From NCBI GenBank assembly GCA_963782345.1, contig CAWAJF010000008.1, positions 67,946-131,945 on the forward strand: DNA of 64,000 nt, in the 5' to 3' direction. Each line of letters opens with the position of its first letter. The first letter of the stretch is position 1. Made by a program: the position numbers and the translations under genes. The notes beneath the pieces are model-generated. The model made no database searches. It was not told where the DNA came from and saw nothing but the letters and a program-made list of their open reading frames with translations. This document shows positions 58,810 through 64,000 of the stretch, piece by piece. Source of the stretch: an uncultured Solirubrobacterales bacterium (GTDB taxonomy: Bacteria; Actinomycetota; Thermoleophilia; Solirubrobacterales; 70-9).

Positions 58810-59223
58810 ATGATCCGCGTCGTAAACGGGCAGGTCTGGGTCCACGATCAGGACGAGGCGCTCGAGTTCTGGACCAAGAAGATCGGATGGGAGGTCCGCT
58901 CCGACATCACGATGGAGGAGCTCGGCGGCTTCCGCTGGCTCACCGTCGGGGCGCCCGGCCAGGACTTCTCCCTCGCCCTGATGGCGATCCCCGGACCGCC
59001 GGTGATGGACGAGGGGACGAAGAAGCAGGTCGAGGATCTGATGTCCAAGGGCTTCGCCGGAACGGTCTTTCTGACCTCCGACGACGTGCAGGCCACCTAC
59101 GAGGAGCTCAAGGAGCGCGGGGTCGAGTTCACAGAGGCGCCCGCGGAGCGGCCGTACGGAATCGACTCGGAGTTCCGCGACCCGTCGGGGAACAAGTTTC
59201 GCCTCGGCAAGCCGACGGTCTAG
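58810..59223 (+). CDS. VOC (glyoxalase/bleomycin-resistance fold) family protein
   Basis: 137 aa with the typical end YGIDSEFRDPSGNKFRL. Confidence 0.8.
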   Translation: MIRVVNGQVWVHDQDEALEFWTKKIGWEVRSDITMEELGGFRWLTVGAPGQDFSLALMAIPGPPVMDEGTKKQVEDLMSKGFAGTVFLTSDDVQATYEELKERGVEFTEAPAERPYGIDSEFRDPSGNKFRLGKPTV

Positions 59224-59227
59224 ACGG

Positions 59228-59875
59228 TCATGGCCCGGGCAGCAGGCGAATCTCGCGCTCGGCGCTCTGCGCGGCGATCAGCGCGAGCGCCTGCTGTTCG
59301 GTCACGGCGAGCGTCGCGGACCATCCCTCGCCCGGACCGCTCGGGCTCCGCAGGGCCAGCAGCTTCACGCCGGTCGCCGCGATCCGGGCCTGCGCGGAGC
59401 GCCCCAGCCCCGCCTGACGCGAGACGACCACGTCGACCCGGCGGCCCTCGGGAGCTCCTTCGCCGACGGTGAGCGCCTCGCCCCCGGCGACGGTCACCTC
59501 GACCGGTCGCAGCCCCTGGCCGACCCCCGGTGCGTGCGGAGCGTCGGGGCGCGGGACCGCCAGCTGAGCCCCGAGCACGTAGGACCCCGCCGGGATCGTG
59601 GCGCCGGGCGCCCGCCCGAGCGCGTCCGCCGTGCGGACGAGCGCTCCGGGTGGCACGAAGCTCGCCGGGACGCGGCGCACCGTCAGCGCCGCCCCGGCGC
59701 GCTCCACTCCGATCGGCTGGCCCGCCGGCAGCTCGGCGCTCGCCACCACCACCGGCCGCAAAGGGCCGTAGCGAGCCTCGACGCGCGAGCGATACCGGCC
59801 GGCCACAGCGGCGGCCAGGATCGCGCAGACCAGGGCGGCGACCAGGAAGAGGAGCGCGCGGGCGCGGCGGCTCAC
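59228..59875 (-). CDS. cpaB: Flp pilus assembly protein CpaB (SAF domain)
   Basis: This is the C-terminal part of ORF 59228..60685. GTG 59875 overlaps the kinase stop as GTGA. It has an N-terminal TM (ALLFLVAALVCAILAAAV), a SAF-like segment (VVVASAELPAGQPI...RRVPASFVPPGAL) and an RcpC-like C-terminus. Confidence 0.8.
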   Translation of the reverse strand: MSRRARALLFLVAALVCAILAAAVAGRYRSRVEARYGPLRPVVVASAELPAGQPIGVERAGAALTVRRVPASFVPPGALVRTADALGRAPGATIPAGSYVLGAQLAVPRPDAPHAPGVGQGLRPVEVTVAGGEALTVGEGAPEGRRVDVVVSRQAGLGRSAQARIAATGVKLLALRSPSGPGEGWSATLAVTEQQALALIAAQSAEREIRLLPGP

Positions 59876-60501
59876 GCCGCGAGCGCGTAACCCGGCTCGG
59901 CCAGCGGCAGCTCGAGCGCCGCGACGCAGCCGCTTCCGGTCTCGCAGAGGGCGAAGCGCCCGCTGTGCGCGCTCGCGACTCGCGAGACGACATCGGTGCC
60001 GTGCCCTCGGCGCGGATCGCTCTCGCGCACGGGCACGCCGTTCCCCGCGCCGTTCGCGATCGTGATCCGGATCCGGCTCACGACCCGCGCGCCGGTCACG
60101 ACTACGGGCGGACCGCCGTGTTCGATCGCGTTCGCGATCAGGTTGTCGAGAGCCTGGGCCATCTGGACGGCATCTCCCTCGACCGGAGCCGGACCGGCGT
60201 CCCAGTAGACGCGGATCCCGCCACTGCGCGCCGCGACCGGTCGCCAGCGCTCGAGCGCCGCGAGCACCACCTCGCGGCAGGAGTATCGGCGCGACGGCCG
60301 CGACGGAGCACGGCCGTTGACCGCGCCGTCCAGATCCTGCAGGGCGCTCGCCGCGACCTCGAGCAGACCACGCCGGCTCGCCGCGGGCGGCGAGGCGGCC
60401 GGCTGGCCCGAGCCCTCCTCCAGCAGCACGAGCGCCTGGAGTGGGCGGCGCAGCTCGTGCAGCGCCCGGTTGAGCGCGCGCTTGTGGGCGGGAGTGATCA
60501 C
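59872..60501 (-). CDS. sensor-less histidine kinase (DHp + HATPase_c only)
   Basis: 209 aa with H-box ALHELRRPLQAL, N-box LDNLIANAIEHG, and G-rich boxes ANGAGNG and GHGTDVV. There is no TM or recognisable input domain. Overlaps the regulator stop as ATGA. Confidence 0.7.
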   Translation of the reverse strand: MITPAHKRALNRALHELRRPLQALVLLEEGSGQPAASPPAASRRGLLEVAASALQDLDGAVNGRAPSRPSRRYSCREVVLAALERWRPVAARSGGIRVYWDAGPAPVEGDAVQMAQALDNLIANAIEHGGPPVVVTGARVVSRIRITIANGAGNGVPVRESDPRRGHGTDVVSRVASAHSGRFALCETGSGCVAALELPLAEPGYALAA

Positions 60502-61203
60502 CCGTCGAGCAGCCTGTAGCCGACGCCCCAGCAGTTGAAGACGTAGCGCGCGCCCTCCGGATCGAGCTTGCGGCGCAGGCGGCTCGCGTGGGAGTCGAGC
60601 GTCCGGGTCCTGCCCTTCGCGCGGAACCCCCAGACGTCACGAAGCAGCTCGTCCTTGGTGAAGACGCGGCGCGGCTCGGCGGCAAGCGCGCGCAACAGCG
60701 CGAACTCCTTGTTTGCCAGTTCCACCTGGCGGTCGCCGACGCTGACTCGCCGTGTCGCCGGGTCGACGGTCAGATCCCCGACCCGGATCGGCCCGCGCCG
60801 GGCACCGGACCGCCGCCGCAGCACCGCCGCCACCCGCGCCAGGAGCTCCGGATAGTGGAACGGCTTCGCGAGATAGTCGTCGGCGCCCGCCTCGAAGCCG
60901 CGGAGCCGGTCGGCCTCGCTCGACCGCCCGGAGAGCACCAGGACCGGCAGCTCCGGGTCGAAGCGCTCTCCCGCCGAGCGGATCTCCCGCAGCACGTCGA
61001 TCCCCGGGTGCATCGGGCAGCCCCAGGTCCAGAAGCATCAGGTCCGGCTGGTTGTAGCCGCAGAGACGCAGCGCATCGGAGGCGCTCGGTGCTGGAAGGG
61101 CGCGGTAGCGGTCGGCGGTCAGGTGGTCGCAGAGGAGCTCGCGGGTGGGATCGTCGTCCTCGCAGACCACCACCGTCGCCAGCTCTTCGACCTGGGGGAG
61201 CAC
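60498..61203 (-). pseudogene. OmpR-family response regulator interrupted by a +1 frameshift
   Basis: The receiver N-terminus (MLPQVEELATVVVCEDDDPTRELL...PDLMLLDLGLPDA) is in the frame of ORF 60637..61203. The rest (GIDVLREIRS...DDYLAKPF... plus the winged helix EFALLRALA...GVGYRL) is in the frame of ORF 60498..61013. Removing one base from the C4 run at 61002-61005 restores LPDAPGIDVLREI. Confidence 0.75.
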
Positions 61204-61693
61204 TCCCCCTTAAGCCATGCGCCCAAAGAACTCTCCCCCGCGCGCGCACCGTAGCGATCCTCCTCGCTGCTCCCATCGAGCCGAAGCAGCATCGAAACGG
61301 CCCCGAAAGCAGGGCCGCCGCGATGCCCCTGGCACGCGAAGGGAGGCGTGCCGGTTGCTGGGGAGAACGGTGCTCCCCTGCATGGGAATGTAGGAGCGAG
61401 CCTGGGACCTTGCAGCTCGTGAGAGGAGCTTCGAGGTACTGCTCGGGCGCTCGTTCACGCCCGTTGGTCAGCAGAGCGTCGGGGTGCCGCGGCCGAGGTC
61501 GCGAGGGTCTTGTCCCCCGGTATTGCGGCCTTCTACGGATGAGTTCATGTTCAAATCCGCACATGCCGATGAGTTCAGGGGACCGATGGGCGGTCCGTGG
61601 AAAGGGGCTTGGCGTGGCGAGAAGACAAGACGGCGCGACCAGACTAGGCGGTCACACCCGGGCACTTCTCGCTCGCGCGCAACTGGTGCCCGA

Positions 61694-64000
61694 ATGACCT
61701 CGGTCGCTCCAGGCCCAGGGCCGAACCGCCGCGCAAGACATTCGTCTCCTTGGCTTGCCGTTGTCGTGAGCGCGGTCGGAGCGACGCTCATCGCCCGCCC
61801 GATAGTGGTGGCGCTTGCCCCCGGGTTCGGTCACGATGCGATCCCTAGGGGGCTCCTCGTGGCCGTGTTCGTTGGCGCGGTGCTGAGCTGCCTGGTCAAG
61901 GCCTTGGTCGACCCGGCCGACCGTAAGTTGTGGCTGGTGCTGGGCCTCGGGCTGGCCGGCTGGTCCGCGCAGGCCTACTACGTCCTCAGTCCCGACGCGG
62001 CCCTGTCGTTTCCGTCGCCGGTTGATCTTGCGGCGCTCGGCTTCTACGTCTGCGCGCTGCTGTTCGTGATACTGCTCGCTCTTAGCGAAATTGGGCCGCA
62101 ACCGCTGTCCGTCAAACTTGACGGGTTGCTCGGCGGGCTCGTGCTCGCGGACCTGGGCGCGGTGTTCGTGCTGGCGCAGGCCCAGGCGGGGTCCGGCGCC
62201 GATTCCCAGACCCTCTACGGGCAGCTCTCCTACGCGGTGGCCGACCTCTTCGTGCTGGGCTTCGTGGCGACGCTCTTGCTTATCCCCGCCATGCGCGCCA
62301 ATCAGTCGCACCGGTTGTGGTTGTTGATCGGAGCCTTCGCGTTGCTGGCCACCGGAGACAGCATCTACTTGCGCGCGGTTGCCTTCGGCGACCTAGGCTC
62401 GAGCGCGGTGGTCGCGTCGCTGTGGGCGGCCGGGCCGCTGCTACTGGCCGCAATCCCGTGGACGACGAGGCGTCCCGCCCGCGAGTTCGCCCGCCGGAGC
62501 GCCATCCCTCTTGCGATACCCGTGGGCTCGGTGGCGATCGCGCTCGCGATTCTGGCTGTGGAAGCGCTCAGGCCTGACAGCACCACCGAGTTCGCTGTCG
62601 TCGTCGCTTTGGTGGTGCTCGTCCTCGGGACGGCCCGACTGGTTGCCTCGATGAAGGAAAACGTGCGTCTCGGCGCCGAGAGTATCCGCGAGGCAAGCCG
62701 CTCAATGGCGATCGCCGACAGCGTGGACGAGGGGATCTTCATCGTCGACCCGATGGGACTGCTGACATCCATCAACCCGGCGGCGCTGCGATTGCTGGGC
62801 TACCGCTCGGAACGGGAGCTGATCGGCCACGATCACCACGAGGCCTTTCATCACACGCGAGCGGACGGGACGGCGTATCCGATCGAGGACTGCCCACTGC
62901 CGACCGTCATCGAAACCGGCCAGCCGATCCACATCGACGAGGAAGTGTTCTGGCGCAAGGATGGGACCGCCCTTCCGGTGTCCTTGTCCGCCTCCCCGAT
63001 CGAGTGGAGCGAGGGCACGGGGAAGGTCGTCGCCTTCGGCGACATCACGGCCCAGATGGCAGAGCGCGAGCACCTTCGATCTCAAGCCAGCCAAGTCGTC
63101 TGGTTCGACCGGATTCGCGAGGCACTTGAGCAGGGCCGCCTCGTGCTCTACGGCCAGCCGATCCTCGATCTCACGAGCCGCGCCGTCGCCGGGCACGAGC
63201 TGCTGTTGCGCATGCTCTCGCCGACGGGCGAGGTCATCGCGCCCGGTGAGTTTCTGCCCACCGCGGAGAAATACGGGCTCATCGCCGAGATCGACCACTG
63301 GGTCATCAGCGAGGCGCTGAAGCTGGCCGCCGCCGGCAGCCGCGTGGCCGTCAACATCTCGGCGGCGTCGGTCGGCCGGCTCGAGGTCCTGGCCCACATC
63401 GAGCGCGAACTGACACGCACCGGCGCGCCCGCTGAGAACCTCACGTTCGAGCTTACCGAGACCGCGATCATGCTTGACCCTGGCGCGGGCAGGCGCTTTG
63501 CCGAACGGCTCGTGGCGCTGGGCTGCTCGCTCTCGATCGACGACTTCGGCACCGGCTACGCGTCGCTGACCTACCTGCGCCAACTCCCCGTCTCGGAGGT
63601 CAAGATCGACGTGCAGTTCGTCCGTGATATGGCGAGTAGCGAAAAGGACCAGAAAGTGGTCCGGGCCGTCGTGCAGATCGCGAGAAGCCTCGGGAAGACG
63701 ACCGTTGCCGAAGGCGTCGAGGACGAACGGACGCTCGAGCTGCTGCGCGACTACGGCGTCGACTATGCCCAGGGCTACTACATCGGGCGACCCGAGCCCT
63801 TCGCGCCAGCGGCCCCCAAGCCCAGCGACGCGTTGCCACATGCCGACCGTCAGAGTCAGGCCGCCTCCGCGAGCATGTCCCGGCAGCTCAGGGATGACGC
63901 CTCACGCCCCGAGGCCGTCGACAAGCCGGTTGCCGATGCGGCAGCCGAGCTGACGTATGGCGAGCTCGCCGAAGCGCGGGACGTCGCGGCCGGGCTGCGA
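61694..64000 (+). CDS. integral-membrane PAS-EAL protein (putative c-di-GMP phosphodiesterase), 3' end outside the window
   Basis: The frame is open from ATG 61694 to the window end, checked codon by codon, and is absent from the track because it has no stop. About 300 aa are multi-TM, followed by a PAS domain (MAIADSVDEGIFIVDP...FWRKDGTALPVSLSASPI) and an EAL domain (ELLLRM, FELTET, DDFGTGYASL, KIDVQFV, VAEGVE, QGYY). No GGDEF domain lies between PAS and EAL. GTG 61766 and GTG 61805 are alternative starts. Confidence 0.8.
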   Translation, partial: MTSVAPGPGPNRRARHSSPWLAVVVSAVGATLIARPIVVALAPGFGHDAIPRGLLVAVFVGAVLSCLVKALVDPADRKLWLVLGLGLAGWSAQAYYVLSPDAALSFPSPVDLAALGFYVCALLFVILLALSEIGPQPLSVKLDGLLGGLVLADLGAVFVLAQAQAGSGADSQTLYGQLSYAVADLFVLGFVATLLLIPAMRANQSHRLWLLIGAFALLATGDSIYLRAVAFGDLGSSAVVASLWAAGPLLLAAIPWTTRRPAREFARRSAIPLAIPVGSVAIALAILAVEALRPDSTTEFAVVVALVVLVLGTARLVASMKENVRLGAESIREASRSMAIADSVDEGIFIVDPMGLLTSINPAALRLLGYRSERELIGHDHHEAFHHTRADGTAYPIEDCPLPTVIETGQPIHIDEEVFWRKDGTALPVSLSASPIEWSEGTGKVVAFGDITAQMAEREHLRSQASQVVWFDRIREALEQGRLVLYGQPILDLTSRAVAGHELLLRMLSPTGEVIAPGEFLPTAEKYGLIAEIDHWVISEALKLAAAGSRVAVNISAASVGRLEVLAHIERELTRTGAPAENLTFELTETAIMLDPGAGRRFAERLVALGCSLSIDDFGTGYASLTYLRQLPVSEVKIDVQFVRDMASSEKDQKVVRAVVQIARSLGKTTVAEGVEDERTLELLRDYGVDYAQGYYIGRPEPFAPAAPKPSDALPHADRQSQAASASMSRQLRDDASRPEAVDKPVADAAAELTYGELAEARDVAAGLR

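Noticed and set aside
61543-61560. A tRNA/tmRNA-like T-loop sequence, GTTCAAATCC.
   Set aside because: The flanking bases (TCATG / GCACA) cannot form a T-stem. No acceptor stem, anticodon arm or CCA context can be drawn, so this is an isolated motif only.
61204-61693. A c-di-GMP riboswitch upstream of the EAL gene, or a hidden Flp pilin gene in this spacer.
   Set aside because: I could not find the conserved GEMM-type elements (for example ACGCAAAGC with its tetraloop and receptor hairpins). No small frame encodes the hydrophobic Flp motif (G-[AS]-T-A-[IV]-E-Y). This needs cmscan or HMM confirmation.

Overview
This is a 64 kb high-GC chromosomal window, Actinomycetota-like; the exact taxon cannot be fixed from sequence alone. 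Almost all real genes are on the minus strand and most are core genes.

Gene order, left to right:
- rpe, a double zinc-ribbon ORF, fmt, def, a decayed DUF559-like pseudogene, priA.
- A PH-domain membrane protein, metK, a large membrane-anchored hypothetical, der, cmk, a cupin.
- Two aromatic amino-acid operons: aroA-tyrA-DAHP synthase, and hisC-GNAT-aroH-rluB.
- A cell-wall hydrolase pair, scpB-scpA, trpS, a PPOX/F420 protein, a DHA2 MFS pump, a polysaccharide deacetylase, a FetAB-like ABC exporter.
- A split NHEJ locus (ligase domain, Ku, LigD polymerase domain) interrupted by a visibly lower-GC patch carrying a SHOCT protein and a cyclase-YHS-2TM protein.
- The glycine cleavage genes gcvPB-gcvPA and gcvH-gcvT, with a fluoride riboswitch-crcB-DUF190 module nested between them.
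- A complete dcw cluster: mraZ-rsmH-ftsL-ftsI-murE-murF-mraY-murD-ftsW-murG-murC-murB-ftsQ-ftsZ.
- An accessory right end: Ada-Zn/DUF998, tadC-tadB-tadA, macro/AraC/VOC, cpaB plus a sensor-less histidine kinase plus a frameshifted OmpR-type regulator, and a membrane-PAS-EAL gene running off the window.

I found no rRNA, tRNA, CRISPR array, IS element or transposase. I did not find a convincing multi-gene system of wholly unknown type.

The most check-worthy items are:
- the two-component pair translationally coupled to cpaB, next to the EAL gene;
- the lower-GC insert in the NHEJ locus with the cyclase-YHS fusion;
- an opposite-strand small ORF and long hairpin splitting mraY from murD;
- the fluoride module inside the gcv cluster;
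- a perfect 84-bp duplication of the metK 3' end;
- phased GTGGG repeats upstream of mraZ.

All start codons were placed by hand from the ORF track and raw sequence, and family calls come from motifs I recognise. No searches were run.
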